NCBI GenBank assembly: GCA_010909165.1 | Contig: VJWM01000103.1 | Location: 1 to 64,000 of the forward strand | From: Anthoceros angustus | Taxonomy: Eukaryota > Plantae > Anthocerotophyta | Reading direction: 5' to 3' | Length of the DNA stretch: 64,000 bases | Part shown: in pieces, positions 1 to 11,814 of the stretch | Layout of the letters: the number at the start of each line of letters is the position of its first letter | Position numbering within the stretch: position 1 is the first letter of the stretch | Notes under the pieces: generated by a model | Told to the model about the DNA's origin: nothing | Database searches by the model: none | What the model saw: the letters and a program-made list of their open reading frames with translations, nothing else | Made by a program: the position numbers and the translations under genes

Positions 1-755
1 AAATGATGGTCTAGTAGATAAAATTTTGAAGCTTATTTTTGTATCCTTGAGAATTCTAGTAGTTAATAGAAAACAAAATATGAGATTATAATCATTTGCA
101 AAGAGCTCCATATTTATCAAAGAAAAGATACTTAAACAAATAAACTAAAATACTAAATGATTGATCCTTTTTTACTATCTACAACGTTTACTTCTTTGCT
201 TGGTTTTAGAAAATCACACCCTTCTTTAATATCAAGTACATGATTTGGGATATAGCACTGTGGAATGGGGTTTTGCATCCGAAGGTGCAAAAGGCCACAT
301 TACCCTCGTCGTTATAGTCACGGATTCGATCCCAAGGGAATGGTTTTGTGTCAGTTGTTCCAAAACTAGGACTCTAGCCCTACCACGATCGATCACTACC
401 TCTCCATATCCGGCTACCATGCCCAAACCCACCGTGGAGGACTCAACCAACTGCAGTTGGCTGGTCGGTGCTTGTAGTGGCTGGTTCAACCACTATGGCG
501 GGCCCCACCAGTGCGCCCGTGTCGGTAGCTATTTGCCACCCACTTCTCGGACCTTGGGGATCATGGACATACCCCCACCTACATGCACCCACCTCGCTCG
601 GGGTTAGCGATCGGATCCTTCCGGAGTTAGGCACCTCTGACCTCGGCTCTTTTTCCCTCCCGTCGCTGGTTCCCATTTCGCCACTACTTCCACCCTTCTC
701 ACTCGTTCCGGATTCCCTCTCACACACAATCCCTCCACACACACCTCAACTCCCT

Positions 756-833
756 CTCTCGGGCCACAGACCCCTCTCGGGCCACAGACCCCTCTCGGGC
801 CACACAGACCCCTCTCGGGCCACACAGACCCCC
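756..833. repeat. Minisatellite, 4 x 18-20 bp (CTCTCGGGCCAC(AC)AGACCC)
   Basis: Read directly from the sequence. Confidence 0.95.
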
Positions 834-1529
834 TCTTCCCTCTTGGAATTTAAACACCTACGCGGTTTGGGAAGGAAGAGCAGGAAGAAAATCTTTGATG
901 CTTGGAGAGATTCGCCTTCCGGCATTCCTTCAGCCCTCCGTGGCAATTCCTACCTCTTCCCCGACGTGCGCCAGTTACCTTCCACCGCTTCCAGACGTGG
1001 AGCTTGGCCACTCCGCTCTCGACGATCCAGGGATCTTCCCGGCCTTCTTGTGACGAGAAGGCAGTGCATCGAGCGAGTTTGATGTTAGTCAGACGTCTCT
1101 AACCAACCTCACGCATAGCTGCAACGCACGGAAGCTCACACGAAATTATGCGGTAAGAGGCGCAAAATGGTCTCTTATACATCCGGATCTGCGGGTCTCA
1201 CAGCTCACCCCTCACAGTGTCTATAGAATATGGCCCCACTACCACAGGCTCCTACCGTTCACAGTAACTACGACTCTGCCGGATCCTCAAACATCCTATC
1301 CTCTAACCCAGAAAAAAACCCTTGGCTGCGATGTCACGCTCCTCTAAAATCAAGCAGTTGCATAGTGATTGCCGCCTAACCCTGACCGATAGAGTTCCCT
1401 CGCTCTCGCTCTCACCCGCCTCACGATCCGGCGATTCTCCCCAAAACCTCCACCATTGTCATTGCTGCGGTTTCTTCGCGTCTTCCCGTGGGCGTCGCGC
1501 GTCTGTAGGCCTGTGGGCTATGCACTTCC

Positions 1530-1900
1530 AGGGAGTTAGGAAATAAGTAGGGTTTCTGTTTTTTAGGATTGAAGGATAAATAAGGCGGAAAAGGAGGAAT
1601 AAATTGGGGTAGCGCCGGACGAGGCTCGAGTATACTCCGACTGGAGTGAACAACGGACCCGCACCACTATGGCAAGCTCCGGACTACGCCGAGTAACGGA
1701 TAAGTCCGAACCCACCCAGTCAAAATAGGATAAGTACGCCAGAAAGTAACCTAGGAGCGAGGCGTGAGGAGACGGCGCCACGGACGGCCCCGAGTGGAGG
1801 TCGGCATGCAGAGGCCAGACCGTAATTGCCGAGGCCGTTATAGGCAGTATTCACGCCGCGCCGCGCGCGAAGGCCGCAGTAAGCGAGGGTCGAGTAAGCC
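1530..1900 (+). repeat. Conserved ORF-Y leader module; further copies on the minus strand at about 11815-12165, 13012-13390, 17735-18130 and 19516-19910
   Basis: Shared blocks GGAGTTAGGAAATAAG, GGATAAGTCCGAACCCACCCAGTCAAA and GCCGTTATAGGC(A/G)GTATTCACGCC. The 11.8 and 13.0 kb copies are close matches; the 17.7 and 19.5 kb copies are more diverged. Confidence 0.8.
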
Positions 1901-4660
1901 ATGCGCACTCGCGACGACAACGAAGAGGCGCCTTCCGCCCAGCGCATTTCCACAAGCGCCAAGGAGGAGGTCATTTCGCCGCAGCCTCCGCATAATCCTC
2001 ACAGCCCCTTGCGCCCGCAATCCGCTCGCGCTTTTTGGGCGCCTTTAGAGCGTGGCCACAAGGTTGGAGCAACGAACGCGCGGAGGAACATCGTGCCGGA
2101 CTCGCCAGCATCAAAGAACAAGAGGAGGAGAAGCAATGGCACCCAAAAGCCGACGGAGTCTGGGAGCCATGGACCGTGGAGCGCAACATTGTGACCCGCG
2201 CTATCCGGACTTCGGGCCCCGGCCGGAGGAAGTGGAATTGGTGCAGAGTGGCATCCGGACGTGTTCCAAATGGTCTGGACCTTTGACAACGCTACTCTAG
2301 TCCGGAGTTTGCCCGAAGATGCCGGCGGCGATCAACAAGGAGGTCCGATCCAAGAACCTCCGGAGGACTGAGGCGATGGACCTTGAGGTCCCGAGGATGG
2401 CCTACAACCGCCTCAAGGAGGAAGAAGGGGCGTGGTGCCGAGCCCTTAAGGCGGGGAAGATAGGGCCACCAGCCGCGCCGGAGGCTCGAACGCATGGACA
2501 ACCAACGGATGGTTGATATCCGATCCGCCGACAATGAGTAAGGCGGTAGCCGGATCATTGTCCATTGAACTCGCCACCAAGGTGGATCACCTGGTGATAA
2601 CTGGTATTCTCCCTCGCGCCCAATGGGAAGAGAGCGACGGGAAGGATTATCTTCGCCTGCCCAGTGAGGCACGCAAGCTAAGGAGCTTATCGATCGACCC
2701 CATACCGATTCATGGGGGACATTTCGAGCCTCAAGGAGGGAGAGCTTGAGCGGGCGCCCGGAGGCCCCGCTGAAGTAGAGCGTGCAAGGGCGCCGAGGTG
2801 GGGGTCGTCAAGACCAAGCGACTCGGGAGGAGGACGATCGAGGATTCCTGACTCCATATCTGAGCGAACCCCTCACCACCTGTGAAGTTTGGGAGGCGAT
2901 TCCCCTTCCTCCTTTTGGTGCCCTCCGAGTGCACAGAGAGGAGCGATGGAGGGCGCGGCGGCCCGCACCGATGTACAATGCCCAACAACCACGACGGCCG
3001 AGCCCCGACGAACTCAACGGGAGCAAGAGGCGGAAGACGGTGCCGCTTACCAACGCAAAGACCTCGAAGGTGCTACTTACCCCGCCCACCTGAGTGGCAA
3101 GAGGTCAAGAGGCGAAGGAGGGCGAAGGGACGTGCCCAAGGAGTGGAGGTCACCGCGCAGCCCCCACCTCGAGCCCCTGCCCCCGGCTGTGAAGGGGCAA
3201 AAGAGCTTGCTCCCGACCCCTCACCTCCTCCGAGCCCCTGTGAGAAAGAGGGCACAAAGGAGTTAGAGGCCAAGAGGGCCAAGAGGGTGAGACTCGACCA
3301 CCACTGTGACCCGAGGGTCCCGATTAGGTCCGAGAACCCACTTACTCGGATCGGGTATGGAGGTCCTTGGCGGATCGAGAAATGCCGGCCCCACTACGGA
3401 CTTTGTGGGGGCCTCACTGGCCGTGGAAGAAACACTAAGTTCGCACATTATGGACGGAATGCTTTGGGGTCTCGTGGTACAGGAGAAGACCTGTGAAGTG
3501 GAGGCCACCCGAGGAGGATGGTGGAACCCAAGAGCAAGTGAAGGCGCCGAGGGGCAAAGGAAAAGGCGGAGTCCTCGCCGGATCGAGGAAGGGAAACGGG
3601 TGGCGGAGCGAGGCCCGGGCGGTTCAGCAGACTGTTAAGGTTCTTCACCGCACACCAAGCAAGCTCAGGCCCAAGCGGGCGGAGGACCTTGCAGCGAAGA
3701 GGGGAAGCGCAGCAGAGGCGGAAGAGGCCCGGCACAAGCGCAGAGAGCTCGACTGCGGAGGCGGCCCGGCCAGAGCAGCCAAGGGCGAGGCCTGTAAAGG
3801 CGGCGAAGGAGTCAAGCCGGCAAGAGCGACCGGATCACCATGACGTGATCGAACGTGGAGAGTCAGTGAGGTAACTCAAGGCCGCGACAAAGGCTATGGA
3901 GGTGTAAGGGCCAAGACGGGAGATAGAGATCTCCGCACAAGGAGGTAGAAGGAGGCGCAGATGGAGGACAAGGGACACGCTGGAGCTAACCCAAGATGCG
4001 CTGAGCAAAGCAGTGATTCTCAACGAGAGAATCCACGACTTCGAGCACGAAATGTAGCCTGGCCCGTCAAGACGGAGGAAAATCGCGACTATCCAAGGAG
4101 TTGGACGCTGCTGCCATGTATGAGCCGGAGGAAGTCCGAGCCTGGACGGAGGTATCCGACCGGGAGAGGGAGTCATGAGCTAAAGGCCGAATGAACGGAG
4201 GAGCGAGCACCGGAAGCGTAAAAGAAGCCGTCCAAGTCCACCGAGAAAGGCGGAAGGGAACGCCGCGGGCGGGCGGTAAGCGCAATGGAAAGGAAACGAC
4301 GGAGCCGGAGCAAGTGAGCAACAAAGCAGGAGGTGACCGAGGCCGCCTTGTAGCCTCGCGTGATACGCCCGGCCCACCACAACCGGGTGAGGTGGCCAAC
4401 AAGCCGGCAAGACGCCCCCAACACTTATGGCGAGGGAGTATCGGTGCCCGCACACGTGGAAGAGGCAATTCAACAAGTCGATCTGACTTTGCCTATTACC
4501 ACAGCGAGGCGAAGCCTCGACGCCTCCGCAAACGGACGGACCGGAAGGCTCAAGGAGATGAAGGCCACGGGACAAAGACAGGGACCCTAGTGGCCCCTGC
4601 TTGGAGATGACGGAGCGGAGAGGAGCAACCTGAGGAGCAGAACGAGGGAGCGCGGATGCG
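1901..4660 (+). mobile_element. Retroelement accessory ORF (ORF-Y, copy 1), frameshifted; conserved N-terminal part followed by charged/coiled-coil C-terminal part
   Basis: Starts at GAGTAAGCCATG (MRTRDDNEE). The N-terminal DNA is homologous to minus-strand copies at 11.1-11.8, 17.0-17.7 and 18.8-19.5 kb. The downstream part is rich in E/K/R/A. Confidence 0.55.
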
Positions 4661-4812
4661 ATGAGGTAAGCACCCGCACCTCACCATGGAAGGAGGGGCC
4701 AACGGGAGGCCCGGGCGATCAATGGAGGACTTCGAGGGAGAGCCACGAGGAGTCCGTGAGGGAGGAAACCTGGTGGGCGGAGTCCGACTTTGTCCGACCT
4801 CAGAGGGAGGAC

Positions 4813-4879
4813 CTCAAGTCCGACTCGAATAAGTCCGGACTCAAGTCCGACTCGAATAAGTCCGGACTCAAGTCCGGAC
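4813..4879. repeat. Tandem repeat, about 2.5 x 27 bp (CTCAAGTCCGACTCGAATAAGTCCGGA)
   Basis: Read directly from the sequence. Confidence 0.95.
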
Positions 4880-5229
4880 CCCAGAATAACCGACCGAGGT
4901 CCGGACCCCAGAGACAAGGTCCACAGCCGGGCCGACCTGAATAAGCCGACTCGTTCGAGTCGAGACAGACCTCGAGGACCGGCCAAGGCAAGAAGGAGGA
5001 GCCCCTTCGACTTACGCTTAGGGGAGCCGATAGTGGTGGCCCCACCGGCAAGGACCTGTGGAGGCCAGGGAGGATGACGCCGTGGTAACGGCTGTCGACC
5101 GCCGCCAGAGCCCAACCCGGCTGTGATTCCGGGAGAGAGGGGCCCGCCACGGATCATCCGATTGGGTGCACCACAACCGCTGACGGGATTGACCACCCAT
5201 TCCGAGGCGGGCTCAGACCTTCCCATCAC

Positions 5230-5893
5230 CGGAAGGAGATAGGGGGATAGGGTAGGCGCCGATTAGGGTATACCGGGGCTATCGCCGTAATAGGGGTGTA
5301 ATAAAGACGCCACCTTGGGCGCAGATAAGAGGGGCCGAGGCCTCTAGTAAAGCATCTTTCTTGGTGTTGATGCCGCTCTGCACTTTGTGAGTCTTCTTGC
5401 TAACGTGAGTCCCGAGTCACCGAGTGCACGGCATACCCGGGAGATTGATCAAGGTCCCGTGACGGACTTAACGCGCTGTGGTGTGTGCAGGAAGGGTGAT
5501 CGGTGATCCGTCCCGAGCCGCGTCCGACACCGAACGACTGAACGCGTGAGCCGGAGGAACTCGAGGGTGTGGTAGAGCCGGACGAGAGGCCCGCGAACGA
5601 CGGAGGAGGTCCGGATCAGAACCGCTTTTTCTAAGATCAAGAGTGTAGCGTGAGAGGAGAGAGGAAAGGACGATGCGTGAGGATGTGTGAACGATACGGA
5701 CGCGAACGGGTCTCAAACGCTTGGCTACCGCGGACGGTGAACGCCAGAGTAGTTAGGAGTATGTGGACCGAACGAGCGCTAAGGACGAAGAATCACCAAA
5801 CGCGAAACGGGCCTATCATTCCCTTTGGGAACGGACTTCTTCCTACAACGACACGGATTGTGCGCGCTACCGGCCATCAAGAAAAGTCCCACA
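5230..5893 (+). mobile_element. Probable LTR segment (R/U5 portion) of the gypsy element
   Basis: Non-coding, contains AATAAAG near 5300 and ends in CA immediately before the PBS. The 5' boundary is not resolved and no matching partner LTR was found in the window. Confidence 0.45.
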
Positions 5894-5897
5894 TTTT

Positions 5898-5915
5898 TGG
5901 CGCTGCCGCCGGGAA
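5898..5915 (+). promoter_or_regulatory. Primer-binding site (tRNA-Asp-like) just after a putative LTR 3' end (...AAGTCCCACA at 5893)
   Basis: TGGCGCTGCCGCCGGGAA resembles the Athila-type PBS TGGCGCCGTTGCCGGGGA. It follows CA plus a short T run and precedes gag. Confidence 0.6.
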
Positions 5916-5989
5916 TGAAATCGTCCGGTGCCGCAAAGTGCGCCCTTAGGAAGAGAAGGTAAGTGAATGCGTGGCGGTCGAGAGCGACG

Positions 5990-8900
5990 GCCAAGAGTGA
6001 ACTGAGGATCGGACGTGGTCACTCGCGGTTCTCCGAGCCGTGAGAGGAGAGACGCCAAACCCAACGAGAGCACCGCCGATCGAGGAGGAGAACGTGGTCG
6101 AATTGTCGACCAAGACGAGTACGCAAGGAGGACGCCAACGGAAGAAGGTAGGACACCCACGCCTAACCCATCGATGGCGCAGCCCATGGCCCCTACCGAC
6201 CAAACAAGCGACTCCATATTCGGAGGGAAGAAGGAGCGGATGCGAGACCTTTGTGGAGGACTTCGTGTCCAAAGCCAACTTCAACGGAGAGGGAGTCGAC
6301 GCTCATCCAGCCAAGGGGTTCTCCGAGGATGCTCAATGGTATCGGAGAAAGTACCGACCACCGGAGAATGCCCCACCCGCCTGCTTGAAGCTTTGAAAAT
6401 GCCTTCTTAGAACGGTTTCGAGGGATCACCAGTGAGGGGTATGTATTATCAAAGTTGGAAAATCAAGCGAGGGAAGAAGGAGAAGCCGGGCTCAGACATC
6501 GAGTTCTATGCCCCGAGGATCGGCATCCAACCCATACCACGATGCAAGCGGACGGTGGTTCGCGCGGTCTAGCCAAACCCATGGCTGTGCACGCCCCGCC
6601 GGCCGAGAAGGACGTGGGCAAGGCGTCGAGCGGCCGAAAACTACGAGGAATCGCTACATCGAGGATAAAGAACCGCCAAGGAGGCAAGAAGAAGAAGAAG
6701 AAACGGGGTTCGGGACTGAGGAGGAAGAGTCTTCGTGAGGAGGAGGAAGACCAATGAGGTGTCTTCGGAGGAGGAGCAGTCCAAGAAGAGACGAGGTCTC
6801 TAGCGAGGAAGAGTATCCCGCAAGAAGAAGAGCAAGAAAGCCCGCCAAAAAAGAAGGTGGTAAGAAGGAGGTGGTGACACCAAGACCGTCCGAGAAGCTC
6901 CACCGACCCGACTCCCTCAAGGAGGTAGCAGTCCGCGGAGGACCCGGAAAAAGTGATAAAGAGAGTAGAGGACCGCGATAAACTGTTAAGGACCGAGAGC
7001 GCGGAAAACACCACGGTGAACGCATCTGTGTGCCGTGCCAAGAACACGGCCATTCGAAGTCCAACCGCCTCAAGGCCGGTGCATCAAGTGGACTACGACA
7101 CGAGGAGGAGGCCGAGGAGCAATGGGAAGAGGCCTATGTACATGTGAAGCCCTCCGGGCCGCGATATCCCAAAACCATGTATCCGCCAACCGGAGGTCCG
7201 CTAATACAACGAGCCCACCGATGCAAAGACCGCATGGGAGCCCTTCGTATCCTCCGTGACGGCCGGGTCTCTGGAACCGCGGAATCTCGCCATTACTCCA
7301 ACGCGTCCGCACCCAGGCAGGTGGTAATGGGGACTTCGAGCCGTGGCGATCGCAGGCATATGACAGCAAGACGCTATGTCCCAACCCCAAGGGACATGAC
7401 GATATGCCACAGCGGAGAACTCGACCACCAACGCCACCTCCTAAGACCGTACTCGGCAAGTCAAGATGCTCCATGGAGTGGGAAGAGATTCCCAGGTACG
7501 CGAGATGGAAAAGAACAAGAAGGTACGGTGGGGTGAAAGGAAGGGAGCTGGAAATCTTGAGGTGTCTACTGTGAGTCAAGGAAGGAGCGACGAGAAAGGC
7601 GCCAAGAAGAAGAACAAGATCGAGGAAGCGCCACGGACGCCGAGGAAGGCAATCAAACCAAATACCAGCAGAGGATCCGACCGATGAAGGAGGGCTGACG
7701 GCAGCCCGCCGAGGGATTACCGGAAGTTCTCCGCAGTGACAGGAGAAGGGGTGCCTCCGCGACGGCGACGTTAGCTTCCACCGGACGTAGTCCGGAGGTG
7801 ACCGAGATGTTGCAGGAAATGCGCAAGCATCCGGAGAATACCGTAACACGGCGACCGGGAGAGGATGAGGACGCAGCAGCAGATCCTCGATTGGGGTAGA
7901 AGCCTCGCCTTTAATGTGGCGACCGATGATGAATCGCCAGCACCTTGTGTCCTTTCGACCGCCGAGGGATAACCCAAATACGGCAAGAGGTCCGTCGTTA
8001 GGGGAAACCCACCTCCGGAGCACCAAAGCCGTGAAGGGTAGCATGGAAGTGAGGGTGGTGTCCCATACGACCTGGGGGCCAGTGGTACAAGTGGAGATTG
8101 GATGTATCATCAAGGATGTACTGCTGGACACGGGTCCGAGTCAACCTCATCACCGGCAGACGAAAATTGGGCTTCACATCCTTCAACCTCAACGAAGACT
8201 CGAGAATGGCGTATATGTCAAGAAGAGATCCGGGGGAGTTAACCGAGTCTAGCCGCACCCTACAAACCGGATTTTGTTGTGATCAAACCGCCGGACCATT
8301 AGGGTATGAGGTGTTGGGGCGCCATGGTCGGGTTGGCCTGCAAAGCTACACTTTGGAAGGAAGGAGATTCACTTCAAGCCGGTGGACGGGACCCTAAGGC
8401 GAAGAAGGAGGGTTGCTATCACCGGAGCAAGGACACCTATTGTGGGGAAACTGAGCACTACCGAAGGTATACCTCGGAGGACTCCACGACGAACAAGATA
8501 GTTCCGAGGAGGCGACCTTTCGCCAAGATCCGCCGGGTCCGAGGAGGAGATGGACTACCGCGGATGCCTTTGGTGGTTGATTGTTTTAGTAAACGCCACA
8601 ACGGGCCGGAGGAAGTGAAGAGGAGGTGACCAAAGACAAGGGGAGACAACAAGAGTCGGACCAAGGAAAAGCGACATCAAGGAGTAACACGATTCACCTC
8701 CGACGAGCTCTTCGAGAATGGGGATGCGAGAGGACGATCCCCGAGGAGGAGGACGAGGGGTTTGACGCAGCGAGGCCGAGAACGGAGACGGTGAACCCGG
8801 ACGACGTGGAAGAAGTGGAGGTCCGCCGTGCAAATTCTCAAGTTTAAGAAAGGCATGCCTCCTGACCAAGGAAGGACTAAAGCATACTGGGGAGTTTTAT

Positions 8901-10670
8901 GAGGTGTTCGCCTTCAAGGTCACGACATGAAGGGCATTCAAGAAGTGGGAGAGCATAAGATCGATTTGAAGCCGTGAGGTGCCAATCAACGACAATACAA
9001 GCTCAACCCCAAGTATTCGATCAAGGTGAAGGAGGTCCTTGATAAGTACCGGAGGCAGACATCATTTTCCCCATCACAGCCGAGTGGGTCGCTACGGTGG
9101 TTCCCAAGAAACACCACAGCAAATTCGGTATGCCAAGATTGAGGAAGCTCAACGCAAGAACGAGAAGGACCACTTCCGATGCCATTCAGAGACGACATTT
9201 TGGACAAGGTGGTCGGAGACTACTTACTCCTTCCCGGATGGCTACTTGATATAACCAATTGCACCTAAGGGAGTTTGACCGACAAGACGACCTTCACTAC
9301 GGAGGTACGCTTGCCTACAAGAGAAGTGCCTTTGGGATGACCGAGCGCCTGTGGTCGCTCATGCGATGGTGACCAACGCCTTCCGTGACTTCCCGAGGGA
9401 CTTCATGGAGATATTCCCGGATGATTTTGTGTGCATGGGGAGGGACAAACACCTTGGGCATCTAAGAAGGTGCTTGAGCGCGCCGAGACTCAATTGAGCC
9501 TACACCGAGAAATGCTACTTTGGAATGACGGAGGGAATCTTGTCGACATCGGTGTCGGCGCTGGAATCGAGGTGGACCAGACAAGGTCCGGTCATCCGCC
9601 TCCACCGACGAACCTAAAGGAGCCGAGAGGTTTCGAATGGTGGGATACTACCACCGGTTTATTAAGGACTTTTAAGAGGGCGGCTAAGTTGATGTAATCA
9701 TCAAGGAGGAGGTTTGGACCGTCTGTGAGCGAGAGGAGGCCTTCGGGTAACACCTTGGTAAGCGCACCGTTCTAAGAGGACCGGATCGAGGAAATTTCAT
9801 GTGTATGTAGATGTGTCCGCTTGCTATCGAGTAGTGCCGAGCCGTAAGGACGACAAGCGGATTATCCGTATACTACCGACCACCCACGCGAACTAAAAAT
9901 ACACAACTACAGAGCGCCAAGCACGGGTATGGTATATGCCGTCAAGAAATTCGACACTACCTACTACCCAAAGGAGTTTGTGTTCTATGTAGACCACTTT
10001 GCTCAAGCATCCGGTGAATAAGACGGACCGTCCGGACGGATAGCAAGGTGGATATTGTTGCCGCAGGAGTTCACGTCAAGTGGAAACAAGACAAGGGAGG
10101 CAAGACCAAAATGCGATTTCGTCACGATTGAAAACAGAGTGTGTTGAGAGATCGTGAAGATGCTCCTGGATGAGACATTGGTTGCCGCAGAAAAGTACAA
10201 CCGAGGAGCCCACCGACCAACCCCAAGCTACGAGAACCGGCACTTAGTGTGGAGAAGGGAGGGTCTGCCGGCGTCCGACCCACGAAGAAATAGAGCGTAC
10301 TCCGGGAATGGAGCTCAAAATCACTGTGATGTAGGGAGGCATTCGTGCACTATGCTGACCCTTCGTAATGTACAACGGTGTGTGTTCAAATTAGGGCCTG
10401 AGAGTAGAACGAAGGTACTTGCAAACCCAGAGACAGGAGCGGCCGCCAAGGGAATGGAAGGATTGGGGTGGACTACGCAAAGACAGTCACCACCAAAAGA
10501 TTTTGAAGCGGATACCGTGGCCAACAATGTATGGGGACACCCACCGCTTAGAAGAAGTGTGATGCTTGTCACCGGATCTAAAGCCAACCCCGACGACACA
10601 AAGGCCGCTAGTACCGATATTGGCACCGCACCTTCAAAAGTGGGGTATTGACTTTGTTGGACCCATATAC
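5990..10670 (+). mobile_element. Ty3/gypsy LTR retrotransposon gag-pol (non-chromovirus, Athila/Tat-like), heavily frameshifted, integrase truncated
   Basis: Domains occur in gypsy order across frame changes. Gag region from about 6040 with zinc-knuckle remnants (CVPCQEHGH near 7030; ICHSGELDH near 7400). Aspartic protease VLLDTG near 8120. RT: KDHF-PMPFRDDILDKVVG near 9170 and FMEIF-DDF near 9405. RNase H: GMVYAVKKF-HYLL and GRIARWILL near 9930-10050. Integrase WGIDFVGPI near 10640. Confidence 0.9.
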
Positions 10671-11135
10671 CACGACAAGACACACACAAAGGAGATACAT
10701 CACATGGGAGGGAGGAACGGCACCCAAAGCCGACGAAAGGCAGCGGACTGAGCGCAATCGGCGCATCCGGACATCAACGGATTGCGGAGGCATCGATCGC
10801 ACGTGGTTCCGATCTTCGATCAACGCCTGTCCGGGGTGCCAGCGCCACTGAACCTCCGCGACCAAGACCTGAGGTCCCGAGACGGTCCCGCCCGAAGGAG
10901 GGGCGTGGTGCGGTGAGAAGAGCCACACTGGGCTCGCCGCTGACGCCAGCCGGACAACCAGCGGATGATATCTCCCGGTGACCGCCGGCGGTTCGCCCGC
11001 CCATGACCGCCATGATCACCTTGGTGACACCATTAGTATTCCTGCATGCGCTCAGTGAAGGATCGGCGCCGCCCTGTGAGCACGGTGCTGAGCCTCGCCA
11101 CAGATCGACCCATACGATTCATGTGGGGACATTTC

Positions 11136-11814
11136 CGGACCAGGGCGCCCGCTCAAGCTCTCCCTCCTTGAGTTGATGTCCCCATACATGAATGGGATGG
11201 GGTCTCTGATGTCTCGCTCATGCGCGTGCTGGCAGGCGGCACCGATCATCTTCCCGTGACGCTGTGAGGCTCCTGGGTCTCAGAGGTGATATGAATGATC
11301 GGGCCCGCCTCGGCGTCGGCTGTTCGGTATCAACCATCCGATGGGCGCGCGTTGAAGGCCGGCGCGGTATCGCCGCGGCACCGCCGCCGGCGGTTCCACC
11401 GAAGACCTCAGGTCCGCTTCGCTCGAGGTTCAGATCGTTGATCCCGCCAGATTTTCGCAACTTAAAGTAAGTTGTCGAAATACCATTTTGGCGAGATACT
11501 GCGCAATGGGCTCCTCGGCCGAGCCGAAGTCGGTAGACTGGGCTCGGTCCATGGCTCCCAGTTTGTCGGCTTTTGGGTGCCATTGTATTCCTCCTCTTTT
11601 CTTGTAGCTGTGGCCGGAGTGTGTACGATGTTCCTCCTTGCGTTCGTTGCTCCAACCGGTGCGCCACGCTCTAAAACGTATGCGCCCAAAAGCGGCCTTG
11701 ACAGTTAAGCGCAGGGGCCCGAGGTCGGGCTGCGCAATGGACCTCCCTCCTTGGCAGCGCTTGTGGAATGCTTCTTTGGCGGGAAGGCGCCTCGCCGTTG
11801 GCCAGGGAGTGCAT
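11136..11814 (-). mobile_element. ORF-Y 5' fragment forming the right arm of a fold-back
   Basis: Reverse complement matches 1901-2765 (for example GGCACCCAAAAGCCGAC and CTCAAGGAGGGAGAGCTTGAGCGGGCGCCC). Confidence 0.6.

Noticed and set aside
259-5893. Idea that 259-5893 is a single 5.6-kb LTR containing ORF-Y
   Set aside because: The TGTGG...CCACA ends are suggestive, but there is no partner LTR in the window and no TSD, so it cannot be supported.
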